A DNA stretch of 64,000 nucleotides, from assembly GCA_963769935.1 (NCBI GenBank), contig CAVYNY010000032.1, forward strand, positions 192,001 to 256,000. The letters run 5' to 3'. Position numbers and translations under genes: made by a program. Source of the DNA: an uncultured delta proteobacterium. Lineage in GTDB: Bacteria; Desulfobacterota; Desulfobacteria; Desulfobacterales; JAFDCJ01. Within the stretch, counting starts at the first letter, position 1, and every line of letters begins with the position of its first letter. Shown piece by piece: positions 1-9,058 of this stretch. The notes below the pieces were generated by a model. It was not told the DNA's origin and ran no database searches. It saw only the letters and a list, made by a program, of their open reading frames with translations.

Positions 1-47
1 GTCTACAAATAAGAACGATGCGAATCCATGAGGCACTAATTTTTCCC

Positions 48-152
48 GGGAAAGGCGTGTCCAAGCCCGTGCTGCAGCCTGCGGTGGACTACCGGCGCAA
101 CATCGACAAGCAGATCGGCGACCGCATTGCCAAGGGTGTGATCCACGACTGA
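48..152 (+). pseudogene. Probable remnant of a monofunctional catalase C-terminus
   Basis: Frame 3 reads GKGVSKPVLQPAVDYRRNIDKQIGDRIAKGVIHD*, resembling the catalase C-terminal helix (GVSxPVLxRAFxYWRNVDxxxGDRIAxGV). Upstream in-frame residues do not look like catalase. Confidence 0.45.
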
Positions 153-290
153 AATTTAACGGTACCTTCCTGCCAATTTGTCAATTTTAAAGATCTGACC
201 CTCTTTTTCCTCAGACATGAAAACTTGGTTCGAATCGCATCAGCAGCTGGCGCGTTATCGGCTGGTGTACCCGATTCGAACAAAAAATTC

Positions 291-318
291 CTTCGCGCTC
301 TTTGCGCCTTCGCGGTTC
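291..318. repeat. Degenerate 9-bp tandem array (CTTYGCGCY)
   Basis: cttcgcgct ctttgcgcc ttcgcggttc. Confidence 0.6.
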
Positions 319-559
319 AATCTTTCATAGTAGTGTACTAAAACGAACTAATTTGAGTACTTTGCAGGGTTTTTAATTCACTATTCAAGCTTTGACCCTC
401 TTCATTTTTTACAAACCTGGTCCTCTTTTGAAAAGAAAATTATGTACTGGATTTTTCGGGATGATTAATATACCTTTTTCAGGTTCTAAACAGATCGGTT
501 TGCCGCCGCGGCGGGATGCATCAGCGTATCAAACGTGAAATTATTTTGGAGAGAGCCTT

Positions 560-752
560 AACCCGGACAAGCCGGAACAAAAAAGGACAAATTAATCACG
601 AAAGCACGAAAGGCCGAAAACACGAAAAGAGGATAAGATAAATTTCGTGCTCACGCGGCGCACACAGCAGCGCTGCGCGTTAAAAATTTCGTGTTTTCGT
701 GGTGAAAAAAGTTTTTCATAAAATGCAAAGAATTCACAATTAAGACTATAAA
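560..752 (+). repeat. Dispersed MITE-like element, copy 1 (partner 19981-20143, opposite strand)
   Basis: aacccggacaagccggaac...aattaatcacgaaagcacgaaaggccgaaaacacgaaa...tttcgtgttttcgtg...cataaaat...tcacaattaaga aligns to the reverse complement of 19981-20143. Internal CACGAAA/TTTCGTG arrays are inverted. Confidence 0.85.
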
Positions 753-791
753 GGCCTATCGTCCAAACCTGAAACAGGAAAGGCAAATGCA

Positions 792-1676
792 ATGAGCGTC
801 TGTGTCGAGGATAATGTTCTGGAAGAGTTGTTAACGCTCTTAAAACTTGAAAAAATAGAGGACAACATCTTTCGCGGCCAGAGCCAGGACTTGGGCTTCG
901 GCAGCGTTTTTGGCGGGCAGGTATTGGGCCAGGCGCTGTCGGCCGCCTATCAGACCGTGCCGCCGGAGCGCAGCGTTCACAGCCTGCATGCCTATTTTTT
1001 AAGACCGGGGATTGCGACAAAACCAATCGTCTATGATGTCGACTGCATCCGGGACGGAAAAAGTTTTACCACCCGCCGGGTTCGTGCCATTCAGAAAGGA
1101 CGTGCGATATTCAACATGGCGGCTTCCTTTCAAATAGACGAACCCGGATTTGACCATCAGGAAAGTGCACCTGAAGTTCCCGGACCGGAAGGCTTGAAGT
1201 CCGAACTGGCGCTCGCCCGCCGGGTGGCGGATAAAATTTCACCTAAAATTCGAGATAAAATTCTTTGCAAAAAACCGATTGAGGTGAGAACCGTTAACCC
1301 CGCAGATCCTTTTGCGCCGGAAAAAAGAGAGCCCGTGCGCTGCGCCTGGCTCAAAGCCATCGATAAGCTGCCGGATGATCCGGCGGTACATCAATATCTG
1401 CTCGCCTATGCCTCCGATTTCGGCCTGATCGCGCCTACACTTTATCCCCACGGCCACAGCCCATGGGAGCCGGAAATGCAGGTTGCCAGCCTGGATCATG
1501 CCATGTGGTTTCATCGGAAGTTCCGCATGGATGAATGGCTGTTGTATGTCATGAAAAGTACCAATGCCTGCAAAGCCAGGGGATTGAGCGACGGCAAAAT
1601 CTACACCCGGGGCGGCACCCTCGTTGCATCTGTTGCCCAGGAAGGCCTGATTCGATATCATGGGTTGGAAGGCTAA
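792..1676 (+). CDS. tesB: Acyl-CoA thioesterase II
   Basis: Motifs VFGGQVLGQAL, HSLHAYFLRPG, ASLDHAMWFHR, SVAQEGLIR; 294 aa. Confidence 0.95.
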   Translation: MSVCVEDNVLEELLTLLKLEKIEDNIFRGQSQDLGFGSVFGGQVLGQALSAAYQTVPPERSVHSLHAYFLRPGIATKPIVYDVDCIRDGKSFTTRRVRAIQKGRAIFNMAASFQIDEPGFDHQESAPEVPGPEGLKSELALARRVADKISPKIRDKILCKKPIEVRTVNPADPFAPEKREPVRCAWLKAIDKLPDDPAVHQYLLAYASDFGLIAPTLYPHGHSPWEPEMQVASLDHAMWFHRKFRMDEWLLYVMKSTNACKARGLSDGKIYTRGGTLVASVAQEGLIRYHGLEG

Positions 1677-1710
1677 AGGTAAAAGGCGCAAGGTAAAAGG
1701 TAAAAGGATA
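1669..1710. repeat. 7-bp tandem array (AAAGGTA-like)
   Basis: aaggctaaaggtaaaaggcgcaaggtaaaaggtaaaaggata, overlapping the tesB stop. Confidence 0.75.
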
Positions 1711-1804
1711 ATGGATCGATAGAGGCTCAAGATCACAATATATTTTGAGGGGGAAAATAGATTCAGGTATGAATATAAAGATTTTCCTTTAAGAGAAAAA
1801 AGCC

Positions 1805-2470
1805 ATGCACAAAATTGAAGCCATACTGATGGCGGTAGTCATCCTCGGTTGTGCGACCACAGAGGAACCTGTGAAAACATTTACCGCCGTTCAGGTAACC
1901 AAAGACAATATTTTTTCCTACGGTTCGGTAGCGGTGAAAGTGAACCCGAATCTGGATTATTTGAATATTTCAGGAACTATCAAGAAGGAGGAAACGGGCG
2001 TTTCCAATGATCCGACAATAAGGGATTTTTATATATTCACCCGTCCCGGAACAGACAAGATCATTCTGATAGAAACCAACTCCCGAAATCAGCAGAATCC
2101 CTTTCAACTTCCGCAGGATGAATTGATGTTAGATATGCCGGTGATTCAAAAAGGCCAAAAACCCATTGCCGGCAGGCTCTGGGAAATTTACATCAGAGCG
2201 CTGCCCGAATTCCCCGAGCAAATATCCAGCGCCGTCAGACAAAAAGGAATTCGTATCGAGCCCTACCGCTGCGGCCTGGAAATCGGTGCCGGCAAGGTAC
2301 TGGACCGCTTTCACAGGATTTACATCAAATACATCAAGGGGGTCGATGACTGCCAGACGCTGCCGCAAAACGGCGGTGTGCTCAGCGATGCGCAATTGCG
2401 GTCAATACGCGAGTTGGCAAGCCAGTTTGACGAAAATATCACGATTTTGGATCAAGCAGGCGGATCATGA
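1805..2470 (+). CDS. Hypothetical lipoprotein
   Basis: 221-aa ORF with hydrophobic N-terminus and lipobox-like ILGC. Confidence 0.7.
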   Translation: MHKIEAILMAVVILGCATTEEPVKTFTAVQVTKDNIFSYGSVAVKVNPNLDYLNISGTIKKEETGVSNDPTIRDFYIFTRPGTDKIILIETNSRNQQNPFQLPQDELMLDMPVIQKGQKPIAGRLWEIYIRALPEFPEQISSAVRQKGIRIEPYRCGLEIGAGKVLDRFHRIYIKYIKGVDDCQTLPQNGGVLSDAQLRSIRELASQFDENITILDQAGGS

Positions 2471-2802
2471 TCCCATTGTTGCTGCTGATTTCCTATCGCC
2501 CCAAAGCCGATGGGAGACAGATTAACTATCCGGCCATCCGGGTCTATTTCCACAGCCGCGGCCGGAATTGCGGAATACCATACCCCGACATCCCGGCCTG
2601 AATGGTCTAAGATGTTGAACCCCCAGGGATTGACGGTGCTGCCCGGAGCCTGGAGGGAAACCTTTTCTATCAGAGCCTGGAAATCCTTCGAATGGGGATC
2701 AATTTTCACCCGCAGATTGGAACTCAGCTCGTAATTTTCCTTTATTCCAACGATGGCGATGGGCCTGCTATACGTCCCCCTGTAGTAATATTTGAGATCA
2801 TG
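2452..2802 (-). pseudogene. 5'-truncated gene fragment (protein-like ORF with no start or signal peptide)
   Basis: The minus frame reads HDLKYYYRGTYSRPIAIVGIKENYELSSNLRVKIDPHSKDF...PWGFNILDHSGRDVGVWYS. It runs into the antisense of the methyltransferase at 2800. Confidence 0.5.
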
Positions 2803-3462
2803 AGTAAATTTCTTGCAATAGAAAGAATACCCGGTGTTTTGGCGTCCGCTTACGAGAAGGCCGCCCAGTTGGCGATCGAAAGCTACTACCGCCAGGTTGC
2901 GGAGGAAATCGTAGCGGGATTCAAAGAAGGTATTATCCTTGATCTCGGTACCGGTCCGGGGTATCTGCCGGTTGAAATCTTGCAGCGGTCACCGGCGATC
3001 AGGATTGTCGGGGTGGACCTGAGCCAAAAATTGATTCACAAGGCCAACGCTAACGTGATTAAAGCCGGAGTGTCCGAGCGTGTCAGTTTCGAAGTTGGAA
3101 ACGCCGCTAAACTGAGCTATAATGATGATTCTTTCGATATGGTTATCAGCACCGGCATGCTGCATTCGCTAAAAAATCCGGTAAATGTCTTGATGGAGAT
3201 AAAGCGGGTGCTGAAAAAGGGCGGCGAAGCCTGGATATATGACCCTGCAAGAATAACCCAGTTTATCGACCGCGAAAAATGGAAAGCCTCATTGAATCGG
3301 CGCGAGCGGTTTTTTTTGTGGTTTTTCGGCCTGCTCGGTTTGCATAAACCCATAGCCGTTTATCGCCGCGACCAGGCGATTTCCATGATTGAAGCGGCCG
3401 GTTTTAAAACTTATACCATTGAGGAAGGTGACGGCGAGATAAGAATGAGATTAAAAAAATAG
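2800..3462 (+). CDS. Class I SAM-dependent methyltransferase
   Basis: Motif I ILDLGTGPG, then GVDLS and FDMVIS. Likely start is ATG 2800 (MSKFLAIE), not 2692. Confidence 0.85.
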   Translation: MSKFLAIERIPGVLASAYEKAAQLAIESYYRQVAEEIVAGFKEGIILDLGTGPGYLPVEILQRSPAIRIVGVDLSQKLIHKANANVIKAGVSERVSFEVGNAAKLSYNDDSFDMVISTGMLHSLKNPVNVLMEIKRVLKKGGEAWIYDPARITQFIDREKWKASLNRRERFFLWFFGLLGLHKPIAVYRRDQAISMIEAAGFKTYTIEEGDGEIRMRLKK

Positions 3463-3470
3463 TCCTGAGT

Positions 3471-3503
3471 TAAAATGCCTAAAATGTCTAAAATGCCTAA
3501 AAT
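3471..3503. repeat. 9-bp tandem array (TAAAATGCC)
   Basis: taaaatgcc taaaatgtc taaaatgcc taaaat. Confidence 0.85.
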
Positions 3504-3524
3504 TAAGGATGCCAATCATTATCA

Positions 3525-3938
3525 ATGAACGACACAGTTACTATCATCGGCAGAATTGTAAGCGGAGTTAAAAAAGGGGCTTCTTTTACCCAGCTTGATT
3601 GGGTTCAGGAGCAGTGTCAGAAAAAACTTGGTTTCAAGCCCTACCCGGGAACCCTCAACCTTGAAATCGATGAAGCAACCATTCCCGTTGTCGAAGCGCT
3701 CCAGCAGGGGGAGAGCCTGGAGCTTGCGCCCCCGGACGCGGGTTTTCGTTCCGGGCATGTCTATCCGATATCCGTCATGGGCGTGTCCGGGGCTATCGTT
3801 GCACCGGCTGAAGAAGTCAGGGTCCATGGCAAAAATATTATCGAAATTATGGCACCGATAAGTCTGAAAGAAGCATTGGACGTGAAAGACGGCGACGAAA
3901 TCATGCTGACTTTCAAACGAAAGACGGCTGATAGCTGA
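3525..3938 (+). CDS. CTP-dependent (archaeal-type, DUF120) riboflavin kinase
   Basis: GRIVSGVKKGASF, LGFKPYPGTLN, IIEIMAPISLKEALDVKDGD. Confidence 0.85.
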   Translation: MNDTVTIIGRIVSGVKKGASFTQLDWVQEQCQKKLGFKPYPGTLNLEIDEATIPVVEALQQGESLELAPPDAGFRSGHVYPISVMGVSGAIVAPAEEVRVHGKNIIEIMAPISLKEALDVKDGDEIMLTFKRKTADS

Positions 3939-4061
3939 TAGTCTAAACTTGGTTGAGTGGTTTCCCAACACGGCCGGATTCAACGTTTGCACGCTTGCGG
4001 GCGGGTTTCGTGGTAAAATAGATTTTTAAATAAGATACAAAGAAATCGCAATTATTAACTT

Positions 4062-4106
4062 AAACAACCCACAACCCACAACCGACAACAAACAACACCC
4101 AACCTA
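4062..4106. repeat. 7-bp tandem array (ACAACCC-like)
   Basis: aaacaacccacaacccacaaccgacaacaaacaacacccaacc. Confidence 0.8.
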
Positions 4107-4131
4107 CTACTGACCTCTTGCGGAGAATACT

Positions 4132-4839
4132 GTGCCCATTGCCAAACTCGCCTTGACCGTCGATGCGGTTATTTTTGATCTGGATGGCACCCTGATTGAT
4201 TCGGCGCCGATTTATTACGAATTGATCGATGTCATTTTTAAAAGACTGGGCATTCCGCCGGTTGGCAGACATGTCCTGCTGGAGGCCATGCAAGACGGCG
4301 AATTTGAATGGGCTCTGGTGCTTCCGGAAGGGATGAAAGCCTGCAAAGCGGAAGTGATCAAAAACGCGCAGAAAATCATTGACGATATTGCACCCTCGAT
4401 GTTTCGCAGGCAGGTCAAGTTGATTCCCGGCACGGCGGAGGTATTCAAGGAGATTGCGGCAGATGGCTTGAGGCTGGCCCTGGCCACCTCCACGCTCCGG
4501 CAGTATATGGCGGTAAAGCTTGCACCCTTAAGAGAGGCGGGGATTGAAAACCTGCTCGAGGTCATCATTACGGCCGACGATGTGCAAAACAAAAAACCTC
4601 ATGCCGAACCCCTGCTTAAATGCAGCGGAATGCTGGGCCTGGATCCCGGTCAATGCGCTTACGTGGGCGATACGCGGGTGGATATCAGGGCCGGCAGGGC
4701 TGCCGGCATGCAGACGGTCGGCGTGTTGTCGGGATTTGACGACTATGCGGCCTTAAAAAACGAAAACCCCAATGCCATAATTAAGAGCATTGCCGAGCTG
4801 AAAGCAACCTTGGCCTTTAGGTCGCAAGGCGCTTGGTGA
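4132..4839 (+). CDS. HAD-superfamily IA phosphatase (Gph/PpaX-like)
   Basis: FDLDGTLIDS, ATST, KPHAEP, YVGDTRVD. Confidence 0.9.
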   Translation: MPIAKLALTVDAVIFDLDGTLIDSAPIYYELIDVIFKRLGIPPVGRHVLLEAMQDGEFEWALVLPEGMKACKAEVIKNAQKIIDDIAPSMFRRQVKLIPGTAEVFKEIAADGLRLALATSTLRQYMAVKLAPLREAGIENLLEVIITADDVQNKKPHAEPLLKCSGMLGLDPGQCAYVGDTRVDIRAGRAAGMQTVGVLSGFDDYAALKNENPNAIIKSIAELKATLAFRSQGAW

Positions 4840-4887
4840 CCCTTCCCCGACAACATGGTATCAAGGACTGCAAGGTTTCAGGTTTCA

Positions 4888-5006
4888 GCCTGTGGTGGGA
4901 GTGGCTTGTAGCCACGATTAGCGGTATTTGTTCGACCGAGTTCATCGCGGTTGCCTCCAGCCCGTAGGGCTTACGCCCCGGAGGGGAAATCGCTCCCACT
5001 ACAGGC
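4888..5006. repeat. REP doublet (REPIN-like, GTGGGAG type) with a nested 32-bp insertion
   Basis: Terminal inverted repeat gcctgtggtgggag / ctcccactacaggc (13/14 match). Arms are gtgggagtggcttgtagccacgat and atcgcggttg[4954-4985]gaaatcgctcccac. Confidence 0.75.
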
Positions 5007-5048
5007 TAAAACTGTTTTCAGGTTCGCAAAAAGTTCCGATTTCCAAAA

Positions 5049-5110
5049 GTTTCTTTTATGATCAGACCGGCCGTTGTTTTGGCCGGCGGCGGGGCTGACA
5101 CCTGAAACCT
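5049..5110 (-). repeat. Dispersed repeat end (partner 55652-55712)
   Basis: Reverse complement aggtttcaggtgtcagccccgccgccggccaaaacaacggccggtctgatcataaaagaaac nearly matches 55652-55712. Confidence 0.85.
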
Positions 5111-5112
5111 AT

Positions 5113-6717
5113 TCAACTCCCGATGGCATAGGCCTGCCGGCGCGGGTCGGCTCCTCCCATGAGAATTCCATGGTCGGTGTCGACCAGGATGGCCTGCGCG
5201 CTGCCCATTATCGCGTGCCATTCAGGCAAAAGCGCCACCCGGTGCCCCCTGGCCTGCAGTTCGGCGATGGTCTCGGGCGGAAAACGGCCTTCCATCTGCA
5301 GGGTCCCATCCGGGTTGCCTCGCCAGCGCGGCGCTTCGACGGCCTCCTGCACATTGGCTTCAAATTCAAGCATGCTGGTAATCACCTGGATAACCGTCTG
5401 GGTTTGACCGTCGGCGCCGGGTGTGCCCAGAACGATGCGGGGCCGGCCGTCTTTAAGGATCATGGCCGGATGCAGCGTGTGATAGGGTCGTTTGTGGGGC
5501 TCGAGGCGGTTGACGTGATCCGGGTCCAGGGTGAACCCCCGGCCGCGGTTGTGCAGGAGTATGCCGGTCTGCGGGACCATGGTGCAGCTGCCAAAAAATT
5601 CAAACAGGCTTTGGATCAATGAAACGGCATTTCCGTCGCCATCGACCACGGCCAGGTAAATCGTGTCGCTGCCGCCCGTAAAAACCGTGGGCGCAACCGC
5701 CGGGGCGGCGGCGGCGGGGTTAATCCGTTCGATTTGTTTTTTAGCATAGGCTTTATCCAGCAATTGTGCGACCGGTACCGGGTGGAAAGCCGGATCGCAG
5801 ACATACCGGTCGCGATCGGCAAAAGCGAGTTTTTTGGCTTCGACCATCAGATGCACAATTTCGGCCCGACCGAATCCTCCCATGTCCGCCAGATCATAGT
5901 TTTCCAGCATATTGGCCTGCATCAGGAGGGCAATCCCCTGGGAACCGGGCGGCTGAGTGCAGATTTCGCAGCCTTTGTATCCTGTTCTGAGCGGCGCATG
6001 CCAGGTGGCGGTATGATCGGCCAGGTCCTGATGGCTGAACAGGCCTCCGGCAGCTTCCGAGAAGGCAATCAGGGCGTCGCCCAGGGGGCCGCGATAAAAG
6101 GCATCCGGCCCCTTATCGGCCAGCATTTTAAGCGATTCAGCCAGGTGCGGCTGAACCAGCAGCTCGCCGACCTTGGGCAATTTGCCGTGTTTAAAGAAAG
6201 TTTCAGCCGCAGCCGGTGATTGTTCCAGATATTTGCGGCGTTCTTCCATGGCGTTTATCAGTTCGGCGTAGATTGGGAAGCCGTTTGCCGCGTATTTTAT
6301 GGCTTTGGGCAGCAGCTGGTCCAGGCGCATGGTGCCGTGCTTTTCAAGGGCGGCCTGCCAGCCGGCGATGGCGCCGGGTACGGTGGCCGTCAATATTCCG
6401 GTTTCGGGCAGGGAGGGATAGCCTCTTTCACGAAAGACGTCCAGGTCGGCGGCATACGGTGCGCGACCGCTGGCGTCGAGTGCTTCAATTTTTTTCTCGC
6501 GGGCCATATAGATCAGGGCAAACAGGTCCCCGCCGAGCCCGCACATATGGGGCCGGACCACGGCCATGACCAGATTGGCGGCGATGGCCGCGTCCACGGC
6601 ATTGCCGCCGGCCTCCAGGACAGCCGCTCCCGCCTGGGCCGCCAGCGGATGGTCCGCCGTGATCATCCAATCGGTTCCCATGACAATCGGACGATGAGCG
6701 CTGAATCGAGTCTGCAT
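5113..6717 (-). CDS. ggt: Gamma-glutamyltransferase family protein
   Basis: GGNAVDAAIA, GLGGDLF, nucleophile region SDTIYLAVVDGDGNAVSLIQS, KRPYHTL, GTPGADGQ, GGADPRR. Confidence 0.93.
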   Translation of the reverse strand: MQTRFSAHRPIVMGTDWMITADHPLAAQAGAAVLEAGGNAVDAAIAANLVMAVVRPHMCGLGGDLFALIYMAREKKIEALDASGRAPYAADLDVFRERGYPSLPETGILTATVPGAIAGWQAALEKHGTMRLDQLLPKAIKYAANGFPIYAELINAMEERRKYLEQSPAAAETFFKHGKLPKVGELLVQPHLAESLKMLADKGPDAFYRGPLGDALIAFSEAAGGLFSHQDLADHTATWHAPLRTGYKGCEICTQPPGSQGIALLMQANMLENYDLADMGGFGRAEIVHLMVEAKKLAFADRDRYVCDPAFHPVPVAQLLDKAYAKKQIERINPAAAAPAVAPTVFTGGSDTIYLAVVDGDGNAVSLIQSLFEFFGSCTMVPQTGILLHNRGRGFTLDPDHVNRLEPHKRPYHTLHPAMILKDGRPRIVLGTPGADGQTQTVIQVITSMLEFEANVQEAVEAPRWRGNPDGTLQMEGRFPPETIAELQARGHRVALLPEWHAIMGSAQAILVDTDHGILMGGADPRRQAYAIGS

Positions 6718-6732
6718 TATTGCCTCTCCTCC

Positions 6733-7197
6733 TCAATTATGTATGTCCGGCGTCCAGTCCTGAAGGAATGAACCGGATTCAATAAGCTCAAATTCAATTT
6801 GATTCACCAGCAGGTGGCCGAAGGCCTCGGAACCGAACCATCCCACATCGAACAGGATGGACGTCATGGTAGCGGTGCGGCGCTCGATGAATAGTTCGAT
6901 AGTCTTGTCTCTAGTGTCGGAAAAGCGATAAGATGCATTATCTTTTCCAATTTTTTCCTTTTTAACTTCAAGTGAAAGGGCTTTAGCGGCCTGCTTGGCG
7001 GCCGCGGTAACATCGTCATATCGCGCTATCCAATAACTTTCGCCTTTGCCCCCGCCTAAATGATTAATAGCAACGGGAGCACCGCTGCCGGCTGCGCCGA
7101 TAGTGGTGATTGCAATCGGAGAAAAACATCCGACAATCCAAATCAGGAAACTGAACAAGGCTGTAAACTCAAGAATGACCACGCTGATTTTTTTCAT
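6733..7197 (-). CDS. Lipoprotein (DUF3568-like)
   Basis: Signal peptide with IVGC lipobox, Gly/Ala-rich segment, C-terminal VGWFG motif. Confidence 0.6.
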   Translation of the reverse strand: MKKISVVILEFTALFSFLIWIVGCFSPIAITTIGAAGSGAPVAINHLGGGKGESYWIARYDDVTAAAKQAAKALSLEVKKEKIGKDNASYRFSDTRDKTIELFIERRTATMTSILFDVGWFGSEAFGHLLVNQIEFELIESGSFLQDWTPDIHN

Positions 7198-7226
7198 TAT
7201 CATTACAATCGCTTAAGTTAACATCT

Positions 7227-7649
7227 TTAATATTTTAAATCAGCTAATATTCTTTTATGATCGATTTGCTTTCGACAATCATCAAGCCAAGTCAGCAGCT
7301 CTTCTACGTCGAAAGGTTTGTTAAACACCTTGCAGCCGATGTCCTTTGCATATTCAAGATCGCTGTCAGACCAGTCGGCCGACATCAGGGCGCGAAATTT
7401 TATTTTACACCCGAAGTTAAGACGTTTTTTGATAAACTCCAATCCGGTTTCGACCGGCATGTGGACATCCGAGAGAATGATGTCGGAACAGGAATCATCC
7501 AACAGGCAACGGTGGGTGGACGAAGAAAACAGAGGGCACATTCCGGGGTCCGAAAAAGTGTGAACTTCATAATCCAAATCATCAAGCAGGTGTTTTAAGG
7601 TGGTACGAAGGGTGTCATTATCTTCAAATACTAAAATTCTTGGTTTCAA
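7227..7649 (-). CDS. Stand-alone response regulator receiver protein
   Basis: ILVFEDN, IILSDVHMP, LMSA, FNKPF; TTG start after a GGAAGGAG RBS. Confidence 0.88.
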   Translation of the reverse strand: MKPRILVFEDNDTLRTTLKHLLDDLDYEVHTFSDPGMCPLFSSSTHRCLLDDSCSDIILSDVHMPVETGLEFIKKRLNFGCKIKFRALMSADWSDSDLEYAKDIGCKVFNKPFDVEELLTWLDDCRKQIDHKRILADLKY

Positions 7650-8128
7650 TTCGTTCTCCTTCCCTGTATAACCGATCCATCTTTTGAGGCAGTCCCGGCC
7701 AAGGTAAAACTGTCAAGCCGGCCGAAATCAGTGCAGATACAAAATGGATAGCCCGTGCTTACCCTATCCGGCTCGGGAATGTCAAACCTAAAAACTCAAA
7801 AAGGCAGTCCCTGAAAATCTCTTGAGCCGCCAAAATTCCGTATATTCCGGCCGATCAAATTCGTCAACCCCGAATTAAGGTGGGGGCAGGGTATGAGACT
7901 TTGCAATTCCTATTTCCCGTGCCACCTTTTTCGTGCTAAGGTCGAGGGTAAACAACGAAGTTGGAAGGTTATCGGTACATTTTTAAAAACAGGCATTGTC
8001 GGCGTAGCTGTTAAAATTTGCAGCAATTTTTAATGCCGATCCTACATCGACAGGCCTCAAATCGTACGGTATTTGCAGCACAATATCCCACGCTGAGGCT
8101 ACATCTTTCTTGCAAATTGGAGGACACC

Positions 8129-9019
8129 ATGGCGCAAAATGAATCTATTGGTTTTATCGGACTCGGTATGATGGGCAAACCGATGGCGGAAAATCTGCTG
8201 GCTGCCGGATATCGGCTGCGGGTATTCAACCGGTCCTGGGACAAAGCGGCTTCCTTAGCGGCAAGCGGCGCAACGATCGTCTCGGCCCCGGAGGATACGG
8301 CTGAAATCGGCGGAATTGTTATGAGTTGCGTGGCCGACGACGCCGCGCTGGAAGCAGTGGTGGGCCATAGCGGCGAACTGGCCGAGCGTCTCGGCAAGGG
8401 TGGGGTGCACGTGTCCATGAGCACTGTTTTGCCGGAAACTGCGGATACGCTGTCCCGCCGGCATGCCGCCTGCGGCGGATACTACGTTGCCGCACCGGTC
8501 ATGGGACGGCCCGACGTGGTCAAGGCCGGCAAACAGTCCTATTTCGTCGCCGGTGATGCGACGGCCAAGGAGCGCATCCGGCCGATGCTCGAAAAAATCG
8601 GAATGCGGCTGTTCGACTTCGGTGAAAACCCGGCGGACGCCAACACAGCCAAGCTGGCGGCCAATTTTCTGATCGCCGCCTCGATCGAAGCGATGTCCGA
8701 AGCCTTTGTCCTTGTCGAGAAAAACGGCGTCGATCCGGCCGCGCTTCACGAAGCAATAAGCAGCACCCTGTTTGCCTGTCCGATCTATCAGAACTACGGC
8801 CGTCAAATTCTCGATGCGGCCTACCGGACCCCGCTCTTCAAAATGGCGTTGGGGTTGAAGGACGTCCGCCTGATTACCCGGACCGCCGACGTCAGCGGCA
8901 CACCGATGCGCTTTGCCAGTGTTCTGAAAGACCGCTTTCTGTCGGCCATGGCCCACGGCCGCTCGGACTACGACTGGACCGGCATTGCGGCCGAAGTCCG
9001 GGATGAAGCCGGCCTGTGA
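8129..9019 (+). CDS. NAD(P)-dependent beta-hydroxyacid dehydrogenase (3-hydroxyisobutyrate/tartronate semialdehyde reductase family)
   Basis: GFIGLGMMG, SMSTV, APVMGRP, AKLAANF; GGAGG RBS before ATG 8129. Confidence 0.9.
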   Translation: MAQNESIGFIGLGMMGKPMAENLLAAGYRLRVFNRSWDKAASLAASGATIVSAPEDTAEIGGIVMSCVADDAALEAVVGHSGELAERLGKGGVHVSMSTVLPETADTLSRRHAACGGYYVAAPVMGRPDVVKAGKQSYFVAGDATAKERIRPMLEKIGMRLFDFGENPADANTAKLAANFLIAASIEAMSEAFVLVEKNGVDPAALHEAISSTLFACPIYQNYGRQILDAAYRTPLFKMALGLKDVRLITRTADVSGTPMRFASVLKDRFLSAMAHGRSDYDWTGIAAEVRDEAGL

Positions 9020-9058
9020 CAGGCGGTCGGTACAGGCTTCGTCTTGCGAAGTTACTCT

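Noticed and set aside
7680..7830. Possible c-di-GMP-I riboswitch upstream of the receiver gene
   Set aside because: Only a 3'-like gccggg.ctgcc segment is present; the GGCAAAC...GAAA...GACGCAAAGC core is missing.
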